Shown: positions 10,941 through 24,000 of the stretch, piece after piece
Layout of the letters: every line of letters begins with the position of its first letter
Position numbering within the stretch: the first letter of the stretch is position 1
Position numbers and translations under genes: made by a program
Source of the DNA: Dimorphilus gyrociliatus
Lineage: Eukaryota; Animalia; Annelida
Assembly: GCA_904063045.1 (NCBI GenBank)
Contig: CAJFCJ010000007.1
Coordinates: forward strand, 616,819-680,818
Length of the DNA stretch: 64,000 nt
Direction of reading: 5' to 3'
The notes under the pieces: model-generated
What the model saw: only the letters and a program-made list of their open reading frames with translations
Databases searched by the model: none
What the model was told of the DNA's origin: nothing

Positions 10941-13900
10941 CTTTCTGACTTTCCTTTGTTTTCCTCTTTCTTTTGCTGCTCCTTGTATGCGGGAAAGCGC
11001 CAAAGCCTTCCTTACTTATATACGTGAAACTCTATTGGTTATCGAAGAGGCCCATTATAGACCTTTAGTTTCAGAGGCTGGTATAACGATAGAAGAAATT
11101 TTAATGTTATTTTTTTCTCGTAATTCAAGACTCGATTTGTTTATCAGAAGAAAAAGATTGTTGTATATCTTCCCTCAGAGGAGTAGTTGGTAAGAATAAA
11201 GATGCCTCCAAATTCGAAAATGATATACTCGAAAATGGAATGCTTCTTTACACTAAACGCTTGATTGTATGTATTTAATGCAATGTTCTTGACACAAATA
11301 TACAGAGTACATTACAATGAGCAAAAACTGTATGAACATTTCTGAACTGAATTTTGACTAAAACTTTATTTCCATTGGCTTTTTATCATTACACTTTTTT
11401 TCACTAAAGTTTAGATTTAAAATTTAAATTTCGCGCCAATTTGAACTAGTTCGTAGTTTGATTACAATCTTTTCATGGAATAGACTTCGAATATGTATTT
11501 AGTTTATAAACTGTTTATCTATCTATATATATATAATTTATATTCATATATTAGGCCATTCCTCATTATATCCGTTAACAATAAGTTCAATAGCGATGAC
11601 AGCGCTATCTTTAGGAATGCGTAATAATCGTTATTAATACGAAAGAGATAGAAATAAGCGTATAAGAGACCCACCCCTTTTAAACTCAATACCGTCACTT
11701 AGCGTCAGTTAACAAGGATAGACCCAGAGAAAAAGGTAAAAAAACGTGGGTGACAAATTCATTTATCTCTACTAACCAGCTGATATATATTTTTATAACT
11801 AACAAAAAGAATGTTCTTTCTTTGCCAGTTTTTTTTTTACATATTAAAAATATCGACAAAAAAAGAATTAGAATATAATATAAAATTCCCAAAGTGTGAC
11901 AATAGTAGCAACATAATGTCATAAAAATTTTTGACTAGAAAGTTTTAGTTAGCTATGAAAAAAATATGTTTCTATGCGTGCTGTGCGAACAAAACACCCT
12001 TTCAGGACGTTCTTTAAGAATCTGACGCTCTATTAGTACAATAAGTCCTGAATTTCGAGAATATTTGTGCAGAGCATTCATAATTTTTTTTCTTTAGTCT
12101 TGTATAGCTCTATCATTAATGGAAAAGTTGAACGAATTCAATATATCTGTTTTATTGATCGAGTTTTAAAAAGGAAAATAGTGATATTCAGAGTGAGGTC
12201 TATAAATAAATAGAAAAATATATGTAACATAGGTGGCGTTGATGACCGGCTTTTTAACTACGCCTATCGGGCAGAAAAATGGAGAAGCCTCTTCAATGTT
12301 CTACGTCTAATATTGCCTTTTCTTATTATTGATAGCGATGCTAACCATCGGATCATAAAAGGACATATTGCATATTTGACGATAGACTGTGAAATAATAT
12401 CGCCCCAGTCTACAGAGACAGTTTGGAACGCCGCTTGGGGACAATAGGGACACGCTTCTTGACCGCATAAAGGCTGGTAAGTATCCGCGGGACATTGCCT
12501 ATAATTCCCTCCCTTTTTTATTTGCATTAAAGGAGTTGAGTCTTTAGGGAGCACACGTTTGATTAGCCTCCTCACTACCGGTCCTGTTTGAAAGGTCGGC
12601 GACCGCAAGACTGGCTACGTTCTAGTTTTTTGTAGGCCGACAGCAAACGGTCTTATTAAGCCTGCCTTCTTTACTACGCTTAAAATTTATTTTTCAACTC
12701 CACCCAACCGTAGTCAGTAGTCGTAAACATCAAATATCCAAAAAAAAAACGTCGTTTGTTTTATCCGTAATTGGTCGTCATTTTTCACGTAGGCGAACGA
12801 AGTGAATAACCGATAGAGTTTTCGTATAAGGTATTTAGTGCGCTACCACCATCTTGTCATTATGTAACACTATGAGGAAAAAAAACAATTCTAAAATAAT
12901 AGTTTTCGATTTTTATGTGCAAATCCGAAGTATTAAAAAAAAAACAGACTATGATCGGATTGATTATTTTGAGGTCAACATTAGATAGGACTTTTGGTTC
13001 GAAGGCTAGATCGTTATTAAGAAATCGAATTTCGATGAAATAGTACATTATGAGTATGGTAGAGGAATAAAAACCCTGGTAAACATGAACATTTTCAAAA
13101 GCAGCTACTGACGTAGAATTATCGATTGTACTCAACGACCTCGATAAAACAGTCGGCGTAAGATTTTGTCCATTATCTAGGACTTGTGTTAGATGAGCTT
13201 TTACTTTGGTTGTTATAAATAGAATTTGATAAAACTCGTCAGAAATCAAGGTTACAGCCCGAGTTAAGCACTGTTAACCCTTGGGTTCATAATAAAATGT
13301 TCACTTAAATTCTTTTAGACGCCCTAGTTTCTTCAACATAAGCGTCTCATGGTCGTAGGCTGAAAGTTGGTCGATTAGATTGGTCCCGTATTCTAAGCTG
13401 TTATTAAATAAATGTTGCCATAGATAGGAATACGTAGCGAACATGGCGCTTTTTCGATGAACTGTTTATCGGACACTGTAGGTACTTCAGCTGGCTGGAT
13501 CAATCCATGTCCGCCGCACGATTTTTCACTGTTTTATGAATTCGTTTCGTATCTTAAGGTGTTTTAAGAGTACGTACGTATATGTTAATAGTTTTTAGAC
13601 GAAGAGGACTATTTAGATTTTGTGTAAGTATATTTGACAGATGTTAAATTGTTATTGGCAAAGTTTTCCATTCTTTTATTATGGATAACACATATATGCG
13701 CATATGTCGTTAGGGATAAACCCGTATGCTTAAATTTTTTAATGGAATAGGAATTGTTATTTTAGATTGACGAATGACCCATTACCGGTCAATGATTTAG
13801 ATTGGTAAATAGAAGAATGTAAGCCTTTATTCGGCGCGTGCGCATTAGCAAATTTTTAAAGTATGACGATTATAAAAAATATGCCGAAAGGAGGATAATA

Positions 13901-14267
13901 TGATCGTCTTATGAAATTAATTAATTGTATAACTTGTTTGCTGGGATCCTTTCCTATTTCAAGGTCATTGGTTCGAGTTCCCTTGGATTACGTAGGCGTT
14001 TGAGATTTTTTTTGTTGTTTTTTTACCAACAACTGAGCGACGTATTGATGCGTGTTTATATTTAATTGAAATTTATCTGGGACTGAGTGTAAGTGATCGG
14101 TAACTTTTTATGAGTCGTTCCGGTTTCAAACCATCGAATAAGCGATAATACAGATTGTTAATTGACTGACAGTACGCAATCGTAATTAGAAAGTCGCCAA
14201 TGATCATATCTAAAAGCGCAGAGCCACCTGGTGTTGGCCTAATTAAAACCCCATATTTTCCTCACAG

Positions 14268-14992
14268 ATGATCAATCGACCTGTAGCACATTGAGAAAAA
14301 TGCAAAATGTCCTTTTGAACCCTTTTAATATGGACGAAAAGCCGCTCGATTTATCGTGCGACGGAATAAACAGTCTATCTCGTCAGATGGATGAGGCATC
14401 GAAGGCGACGGAGAAAGTAACAGGATACTTTGGAATGACGATAAGTAGACACGGTCCGGGATACACTCCTACAGATTTAAAAAGCACAAAAGATTTTTCG
14501 ACTTTTGTTAACATATGTCCGAAAACCACACCCGATCATATGCCCAATATTATTCCTGAATCACTCCTGCATTCTAGACCTAGAGAAACCCAAATGGAAA
14601 CTGAACAAACAGAGGAACTACCACAGCGTCTGAAGGATTCTAACAAACGTTGTATGTTTGAAGTAACTGGCTTCAATCGTGAATTAATAGAAAAATGGGA
14701 AAGAAATAATTCCAATTGGCGTGAATCTAGTGAACCTACCGCTAATGCTACTTCCCCGTTCGTACCTCCATCGCTTATTCGACAGTCTCCTCAGCACTTG
14801 CCACGTACAGATCGAGCGACAGTTGAGAGAGGTAGCGTTGATAATCTGAATGATGAACGCGCAACCGTCCGGAAACTATCAATTAATGACGATGATGGGA
14901 ATAAAGGCCGACGATCGTCGTCCATGGGCGATACTGTTCGCCTACCGCCGAAGAAAGCATATTTACAGGACTTGCAGGGACAGAAACACTAG
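14268..14992 (+). CDS. ~220-240-aa disordered protein with a PLDLS (CtBP-binding) motif and a C-terminal LPPKKAY motif
   Basis: Open frame from an acceptor at 14266-67 (ttttcctcacag) to TAG at 14990-92. Contains MDEKPLDLSC, RKLS, RRSSS and RLPPKKAY. Several upstream donor sites (e.g. 12478, 12829) suggest non-coding or alternative first exons. Confidence 0.65.
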
Positions 14993-15209
14993 AATATTGT
15001 TGTATATATATATACATATATACAGTTTGAATTTTTTCGGGATTACGCTCACAGACGTTTTTAAAATGCAATCTATTTATTATAAGTCAAAATCGAGATC
15101 TATCTTACAAAATGAAATTGTATGTATACAGGGTTTTGTATATTGTGTGTATAATATCTATATTCCTATGATAACGATCATTGTCTTTAATATTACATAA
15201 AGAGAATTA

Positions 15210-16973
15210 TTAGTCTTTTTTCATGCGTTGACTAGTCATTCGATAGATGATGCTGTCGCGTCCTGGATCCATATTCCACATCGTCAATGAAATACCAATG
15301 GTGGCGAGAATGAGTATAATCTGTATACGAGGAAAGTGACATTGAAAGTTTGTCAGGAAAACAATGCATTTGCTTAATCAATACGAGTGATTATAATCTT
15401 TGTGTTATAGTAGCATTAGACTTGAAACCTATTGTTCTATGAATAAGTTTGAAATTAAACAAATGAAAAAAAAATTTACCATAAGCCATAACATTATATT
15501 GAAAACAACAGGATACGATTCGGTAACGTTAGCAAAGTTCGGCTGTGTAAACAAAATCAGTAATTGTATATGTTATTCTCAAAAAAAAGAAAGGCCTACA
15601 TCTTTTTTAGTGTCAGATGATTTTTCTTGAAGACTGCGGACTACTCTTAAATGAGGTCCATCGACGACAGATGGCAGCACTACTTGTTCAATGACTACGT
15701 TTCCATTGTAAAATTTTTTAAATAGCCTAGCGGCCTGTTGAAGTAAGAGGTTGTAAAAGAAAAAAAAAGAATAATGAAATATGAAAATAAATAAAATATA
15801 ATAAACAAATAATTCTTTAGCCAAAAAACACGCACGTCATCAACGAAGGCTGCAAGAGCTTTGGCAGCTGCTTTCACCTGTACGCTCTCATCGCCGTAAG
15901 TTTGCCTTAACTGCCTCAGAGCTGTAAAACGCATGTGGATATAATCAGGACTGTTGTCTTCTATATAACTCCTTTTAGAATGAATCTGTAAAGGAAAAAA
16001 CTTCTGTTTAAAATGATACAAAAGGGATTACGATCATTACTAACAGCGTCGATTATTGTCGAAGCAATTTCTAATTCGGCTAAAAATTGCATATCGATTT
16101 CTTTGCTCGCATTTAAAGACTCTCCTCCGTCCTTAAGAAATCGATCTACCCTGTGTCGTCGAATTTGTTCAAAGGTAGATGGTAGAGAATCAAAAATTTC
16201 TGGATAACGTAATTTAAGCTTCGGTAAAAAATCTGTAAGCGAGTAGTCGACGATCAGAGGTTTATGATCAAATTCCCCTGACTCTAGGGTTTCAACGAGC
16301 CTTTGGGTATATATTACGGGCGTGTCCTTTAAAAAAAAAAGAATTGAGATAAATAGAAAGTCCAAGTTAAAATGCGGTAACTGCTTACCATTGTTAGACC
16401 ATAAGCGAGCTTAGAATTCAAATTGACAATGTTTTCACCACCTTCAACTGTGAACAGGACATTTGCTTTGGGTCTTTTAAAGAAGTCCACAGATTTCAAA
16501 CCATTCCATGATACCCCCTGAACGTTATATATAGAAAAATATAAATGATTAAAGTTATGAAACAGCAAAGAAACCTGATGAACAGTAAAGCCGAGCAACT
16601 GGGAAACGACAGGAGAAATTTCACTTGAAGGAATGGGTTGTGCTTCTTGTCGGAACACGACATACTCTGGTGAATGCTTAATTTGGAATGTTCCTAATCC
16701 ATTACATGTGCCTGAGAAAAATAAATTAACATTTAGTAAGCATACAATGGAGAAGGCGCTACTGATAAACTGCTCATGTGACTACTAATCGAAAATCGAA
16801 ACATATATTCCAACATCATATTACACATCAAGAAAATTACAGTTCCAAATTTTGACATTAATACCTTTCCAATAAAAATATTAACGTGTCAGCATATTAA
16901 ATACCTTACCTAGAAGCAGAAAAACCCAAATACAGCTGAAAGTTTGTAATAATTCGTACATAATTTTCGCCAT
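15210..16973 (-). CDS. ATP6AP2: (Pro)renin receptor / V-ATPase accessory protein ATP6AP2; multi-exon
   Basis: Signal peptide [21 protein letters not shown]; VSWNGL...FKRPKANV; QFLAELE; furin-type RVVR; TM segment [12 protein letters not shown]|[11 protein letters not shown]; tail [22 protein letters not shown]. Confidence 0.93.
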
Positions 16974-17108
16974 TTTGAATATTTCGTAAATATTTTTACG
17001 AAATATTATTTTTTTAAAGATTCCAGCTTGGAAAAATCTTATTTGTATAATGTTATTATCAATAAAAATTAGGAAAAATACGAAAAGGCGGAAAGAGCAG
17101 ACGCTTTT

Positions 17109-17118
17109 ATCACGTGAC
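17109..17118. promoter_or_regulatory. CLEAR-like E-box ATCACGTGAC in the ATP6AP2/BCOR divergent promoter
   Basis: Same decamer as at 2313-2322; lies 136 bp upstream of the ATP6AP2 ATG. Confidence 0.4.
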
Positions 17119-18061
17119 TCGCCGCTGCAGCGTGTTGCGCTCTCAGTTAGAGGCGAGTCGTCGGTAGGAGGATTTACACTCTCGTCGGCCTTATTGTTTT
17201 ACCTAAAAATCGGATATTTCCAGTTTAAAATTGACCTCCAAATGATGAAAGATAGTTGATCAAGAACCTGCATCGGCGGTTTACTTGACATCAACGTCGG
17301 TAAGTGCACATAAAGAGGAAGAGAGCGAGAGTATGTAGATATGTGCTTGGTGTGTGTATGTTGAGCTTGGCGTCGGTGCCGCGCTCGCCGTGTGTTTTAG
17401 CTTCAGGCCACTGCGAAGCTTTAAATATTTTTTACCGACAAATTTCCTAATGGCAGAAATAGCCGACAATCGTATTATTCCAACGGTTTGCCGCTATAGC
17501 CCGCCCTATATCGACTAATCAATACGATTACGTAACAAGACGGGACGGTTCTTTCGACAAAAATTTTTTGGCGTCTATTGACGCCTTTCGGCAAATGAAG
17601 AACGTCTGGTTGAAATAGGTAGGATCAAAGCTCATTTGACAAACTTCGCTTACTGGCTGTGTACGTTTTCGTAGACAATCGCGTTAATTAAACATCGTGA
17701 ACAATCTGCGGCAGACCTTGTATTGAATATGGCACGTTTGCTACCCTCCTTTGTCTCTTCCAAGCATATCGGATATTTACATAAGTTTTAAGCCGGCTCT
17801 AATCAATCATCGGTCCCCTTATCGAATGTTGCGCCCGTATCATTGTTTTGCGGCGTTCGAGGAAGTCGGTTGCCATGGTGGTATTTGAATGAAAAAAATA
17901 TTGTCTCGATAACAAAAAAACGCACATTACAAGCATATGCACGTATGCATTTCCATACGGTTCGTAAATATAAAATATATGCATATTAAAATATAGCTGA
18001 TGACGCCTTCGCGCTAGAGATCTTAACTAAACTAGCAAATTTTTATTATACAGGATAGTCG

Positions 18062-21000
18062 ATGGACGATTCGTCGGAGAATCGAAGTGAATCGAACGTC
18101 GTTGATAGGTGAGTAACTATAATGAATGAGTACAAAAATGAATGCTGGTTAGGGAAAAGAGCGTGTAAGTCGTGTACGTGTATATAAGACAACAATTTCA
18201 AATCATTATTTTGCGAGCGCGTGCGATATTCGGTACTCAGTGTTTTTTTTTAAAACGGCGCCGATAATCCTACGATAAGCCGCCGATTTCGAACGAATTA
18301 TTATCGCGTCGAACAGATTTTTTCTATGCGCCTCATTCACTACGCACGATTTTACCCTTTTTTCGTCTTTTCACCTCTTTCCATTAGAGCTTACATGTTG
18401 TATATATCTATATATTTGTGTATGTATTGTAATGGCTTTGTCATACATATATATATATATATATATACATGCGTATACATATGTACACGCACAAACACGC
18501 ATTCTTGTATACCATGTATAAATATATATATATATATCCCATAAAGTGCAGATGTACAAAAAGTTAATTCTCTCTTTATCTTTGTCCTTTGCTTTGCTTC
18601 AATAATTGGTCAAGAGATATTTTAATTGTCAGCATCCTAAAATGAACGTTTGTACGCATATTGCACTATACGCAATTAATTCTCGTATGGATTCCCTTTT
18701 CAACTCGTTTTTCCTACTGCCTAGAATTTCGTCCGCGAGCGTGCAATGCGGCAAAATAGGTGGCGCTGGAAGACGTTGGCAAGAAACAGGCATTTCTTTG
18801 TTGTGAATGGCAGCTGCTGCCCGAGAGCCGAATCGAGCCTACGCGCCTACCGTTACGCTTCACATTTTCTCCCCCATTTCCCGTCCTTAAACCAATTTTA
18901 TTTCTTGCCCGGCAAAAATGTAAAATCCCTACCCTCTATACAAATGGCTTTCTCACTTAGTTGTGCTCCACCCACTTTAGCTATTTCTTGGTTCTTTTAT
19001 ACACCTTTCTAAGTTGAAAAGTGACTTCTTTGATAGATAGATAGATAGATAGTCTGAAAGAACGAAGGAACGAGGCGAAAAAGATCAATGTGTCCACAAA
19101 TCTGTTTGATGAAGAGCGTTATTTTGCGTAGCGAAATCTGGCCGCTTAATTGATGGGCGACGCGCACCTGTCCGACGATTTCAATGGGCCTATGTTATAC
19201 TAGCGATCGGTGCGGCGCGATAACAAGGCGGTTATAAAACGGCGAACTCGGCGACAACGTTTGTACGCTCGCCTTCTCTCTTAATATTGATTGTCGTTTG
19301 TAGTATATATTTGTTGCTGCCTGGCGTTCGTTTTTCACCCTATTCCCAGGATTTATACGCGTACACGGGCTTGCTTATAAGCAATATACATTCTCTAAAT
19401 ACGTAAAATTTATATTGCTTGAAAATTTACCGGGTGCACATACAATGAAATTTTGATGTATTATGAATTTTTTAAAGCTTTAAAATTTTATTTTTACCTG
19501 TAGTCAAGGTATGTTAAACTAGTATATATATTTTGATGTTATTATCGCAGCGCGACGATTAGCGGAGATAATGCTGTTGCCGCCGCCGCGGCTGCGACGA
19601 CGACGACGAACAAGAAAGCCGTAAAGCCGGTAGCGCCGTTCTTTTCGTCTTCGAAAAACGACGCTTCTTCAGAACAAAGTGGCGGAAAATTACAAGCCAC
19701 CGTTAATCCGCAACCGTCGGAAACGGTTCCACTCGATCTTTCGGCCAGTAAAGGGGCCCTTCCACTCGACCTGTCCGTCCGCAAGAAGGAAGAGATGGAG
19801 GAAAAGAACGTCATTGACCGACCTATGGGTCGCCATCTTAACCTACCAACCATCGCTCTTAGCAGGCCGAATACGGCCGGTAAAATGACTGCGCCCTCTC
19901 GAATCATGTCAAAGCCGTTAGCACCGTCATCACGAATCGGCGTTAAAACAGGGACGCTCGTGCACAAAGTATCACCTATGAGACATGGCTTACCCACAAC
20001 AACGACTGCGCTACCCCATACAACCGTCCTACAACCTAAACCTCAGGCTTCAGGCAGTTCATCGGTTGGCGACGAACCACCGACAACGGCTTTGTCAACA
20101 GCACCCGCTTCAAAGTCCAATTTTGCCGTTCGTTTTATAGCTAGTTTCGAGAAAAGAGCGGCGGCGGGTGCCGGAACTAAACGGACAGCCTCCCCAGTTT
20201 TGGCTCCCCTAAAATGTGGATTCCCACTGTTAGCTAAAGCCTCCGAACAGCGGACCAATAGCAACGACAATACCGCTACGCCTTTGTCCGTCGCCCCAAC
20301 AGCGACTCCTAGTGACGAAAATTGCCTCTCGGCAAAGCGACTAATACCTTTAGTGACGGAAGAATGTAAATTGCAGAAACAGAGCGCCGAAGAAACAGTC
20401 GTCAGCAATAACAAGGTAGACAAAGCAGCTGACCTAGCAGTGGTTACAAAGCCAACTGAAACTTCCGTATCGGATGCGTCGTCAGCCACCAAACGCTCAG
20501 ATAGCACCCCTAAAGCGGACGAGTCTAAATCGATAACGGACGCACGACGCGTCTCTTGCGAATCGCCGTCCACGACGCCGCAGAAGCGACTCGACGTTGA
20601 TGGGAAGAAGAAAAAGACAACGTCAAAAGCTTCACGGTCAAAACGACCTTCTGTCAGTTGTAGTGACGAGGAGGAGCCAAAGGTAGAAGTGAAAAAGGGA
20701 AAGAAAGTTAAAAAAGAGCCTGAGGAAGACGAGTCGGACAAAGAGTATGATGGGGAGGGAGACGAAGAAAATAATGATAATGAGTCCGGTGACAAAAAGC
20801 GAAAACCGGAAGTACGTGTAACACGGTCGAGAAATTCTTCGCCTAAACAGGCTCAATCGCCCCTGAAAAAAACGAAAAAAAACGGCAGTGCTTCGAAGCA
20901 CAGACCTCCCGCTGGTCGTAAATCGAAAAGTTGTGCGAAAAATGAGACGGGTTCGTCCGGAGACGAACAGACGTCCAATACAACTAAAACTTCAAAACGT

Positions 21001-24000
21001 CGCCGAACTAGCAACAACAATAATGTAACTAGTCGAAGAGGTCAAGCGCGCAGTGCCAGCTCTCAAGACGACAGCGACGCTTCTGAGAGCGGCGTCACAA
21101 CCCGAAGTCAATGCGCACAAAACGCGCCTAAAAGGCAAAGTCCCAAAAAGAGACTATCAACACCTCCACGTCGCAATAACAAACAGAAAAAGAAGGAAGT
21201 CAGCTCCTCCGAAAGTGAACACGAAGACGAAGACAATGTTTCCAATCGCACTCGAGCTCGAAAGACATCTAAAACTGCAGACAAATCTCCTAAAAAGAAT
21301 ATCTCATGCTCGAGGAGAGGAACTAACGCTGCAACAAACGATTCACCCGCGAAGAGAAAAAGAAAACAGAAAGAGGCTGGTAGAGCGGATAGTGAAGAGG
21401 ACGATGAGGGAGAAATCAGTAGCACTAACGCCTCCGAATCATCCCCGCCGGCAAAACGCCTTCGTTCTAACGCTAACAAACGAGAATCGGAGGCAGTGAC
21501 GTCATCCGATAGTGAGGAGAGTGAAGCTGAAACGCAACGTCTCACTCGTCGAATGACTCGGAAAAGAGAACAAACGGAAAAAAATCGCGAGGATGATGAC
21601 GAAGATGGAGAGGGGAATGATTCGGACTGTAGTCGAATGTCGCCTCCACATACGCGAGGCAGGAAACGACGTTCGCTATTGGACGAATTGCATACGTCAG
21701 AGGGTTATGTAGGTGACGAGACGCGATCAAAATCGTGCGATGACCTTTACGCTGACCCATCAAAATTGGGTAGAGAAGAAAGGGCTCTGCAGGTACGTAT
21801 AACACACGAAAAGGGATTATTTATTGCAGACTAGCAATTTTATATAAATAAATATTGCAGCGTGCCTTCATGCAGCTCTCCGAAATGAATGGCAGTTCGT
21901 CGTCAGCGGGCAATCAAAAGAAGTGTTCGAGGACGCCATCTACCGGTTCGAATAAGCGAAGTGTTGAGCGCCATCAACCAGAAGGTAATAATTTTATTGA
22001 CATGACGTAGAGTACTTAGGCCTTTTAGTATAGAAAAAAACTCTATTGTTTGGATTTCAGCCACTACAGTTCAATCACCGAGCAAAGCGAAGAAAACACC
22101 TGTTTCACCTGAAGCCAATAAACGAAATGAAGAGGAAAAAGAGGCAAAAAAGAAACGTAAGAAGAAGAAGCGTAAGAAAAAGGTAAAGAGACTAAGACAG
22201 AGTACAAGGTTGAAGAGTAGAGTAGCACGAGGAATTTTCGCCGAGGACTCTTCATCTGACTCATTTGTCGAGCAAGATGACGAGGATGACGAGGATGTTG
22301 TTATGGATATAAAAGAATCTTCATCAAGTAACTCGTCCGAAGAGGAAAGTGATGAAGAAGGTACATCGGAGACATCGGAGAGTGAAGAGAATAATAAGCG
22401 ACGGAGGCAGCCAATGCTTAGAGAATTGCGAGCACTCTTTCCCGATGAAATTCCAACTCGTGCACGAAGTAGCGAATCGCGTGATGACACGAGCATCACG
22501 TCTGCTGCTACTGTATCAACACCACGTCCAAAGAAACGAGGTCGTCCCGCAGCTTCAAATTCTAGATCGAATACACCAGATGCTCGACGGACGAAACTCG
22601 GAAAGCTACCAACTAAGAGTGCAAGACTGGCTTGTTCATCACCGTCGTCATCGCATAGAAGTGAAACTGCAACAGTTACAAACGCGGCGTCAGCTATTCC
22701 AATTGAAATAAAAAAACTTGGTTCTCTGAGAAGGGAAGCTGGTGAAACTCCCCTACATAAAGCTGCTAGAAAAGGCAACGAAGAGGTCGTGAAGTTCTGC
22801 CTGGAATCCGATTATGGAGATGTGAATGCTCGAGATAATGCCGGATTTACTCCTTTGCACGAATCATGTTTGCAAGGTTTCGTTAATATTACCGCAATGT
22901 TGCTTCGTCATGGAGCCGACGTAAATGTTGCTTCTCTTGATGGCCTTAGACCTTTAAGAGATGCTATAGAAAGTGATAAAGTGGAAATAGTGAGACTTTT
23001 ATTGGCCTATGGCGCTGATCTATCTTTACTCACTTATTCTGGTAACGACCTATTAGATCTGACTCAGTCAGAGAGGATGAAGAAGTTGTTAAATGGCTAC
23101 TTACGTGATGCTTATGTTGAATCGAACGACTCTGCCCTCACACAGCAGATGGCTAAGCAGTACGCAGTAGTCCTTCATCCAAGTAAGTGTGTAGGAATGA
23201 GTGGCCTAAATTATAGTTTACTTCGTTTTCCTCTTGGCTAACACTGTTGAATTTTCATTACAGAACAATACGGTGGGGAGAGAGTCAAACTAAGGAAACA
23301 ACGTTACGAAAAAGATAAGAAGATACGCAAAGAGGAGAACGAGCTAGTTCGTAAATGGCACGAACGCGTCAGACGAAGGGAGGAAATGGAAAAACGAAGA
23401 AAGGAAAAGAAGAAGAAGAAGGCAAAGGATGAAGAAAGTGAAGAAAGCGACGACGAAGAATCAGAAGAAGATGATTGGTGGGAAACTGACATTGGCCAAG
23501 CTTGGACTTTTGCCGGACCATCCTCATTATTGGGTAATAAATAATAAAACTCATCTTAAATATTTAATTAATATAATTGGTACGATTTTTTTGCAGACGA
23601 AGAAGCTGAAGAAGGCTCATTAAACGTATTAGATAAATGCCCAGCATCGATTGATAAATCTGATGATGTCATTTTTGAATTCTCACGCGAACCTCATTTG
23701 AATACTTATCATGTAACTGTTAATGGTGTTACGGATAACTACGTTCTTCTTTCTGACGTTATGTCAAACCTAGGGGTGGGAAAACAAGTAGAAGAGGAGG
23801 AAGATGAATTTATTAAATTGCATTACACCCTTACAACTAAGTCTATGAAATATGAGGAATTTATTGATAATGTGGATTCTAGAAATAGTGTTTTACCACC
23901 TCCTTTACCAACTTCAACACCCTGCTCTAAAACAAAGAAGTCGAACAGCACGATAACTCTAATTAAGATTAACGATGCCCTGCGATCTATTATGTCTATT

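Noticed and set aside
12264-12608. 114-aa minus-strand ORF with CPYCP
   Set aside because: Non-ATG start and no recognisable domain; the region has plus-strand splice donors and looks like 5' UTR or regulatory DNA of the 14268 gene.
13379-13401. TTGGTCCCgtattctaAGCTGT resembling miR-133 (seed and 3' end match)
   Set aside because: The central 8 nt differ and no complementary 5' arm forms a pre-miRNA hairpin.
13965-13985. GGTTCGAGT B-box-like motif suggesting a tRNA
   Set aside because: No cloverleaf, A-box or acceptor stem.
19542-22778. Long minus-strand ORFs (151, 250, 145, 235 aa) over the BCOR-like gene
   Set aside because: Antisense artefacts of GC-richer, low-complexity coding sequence; no motifs.
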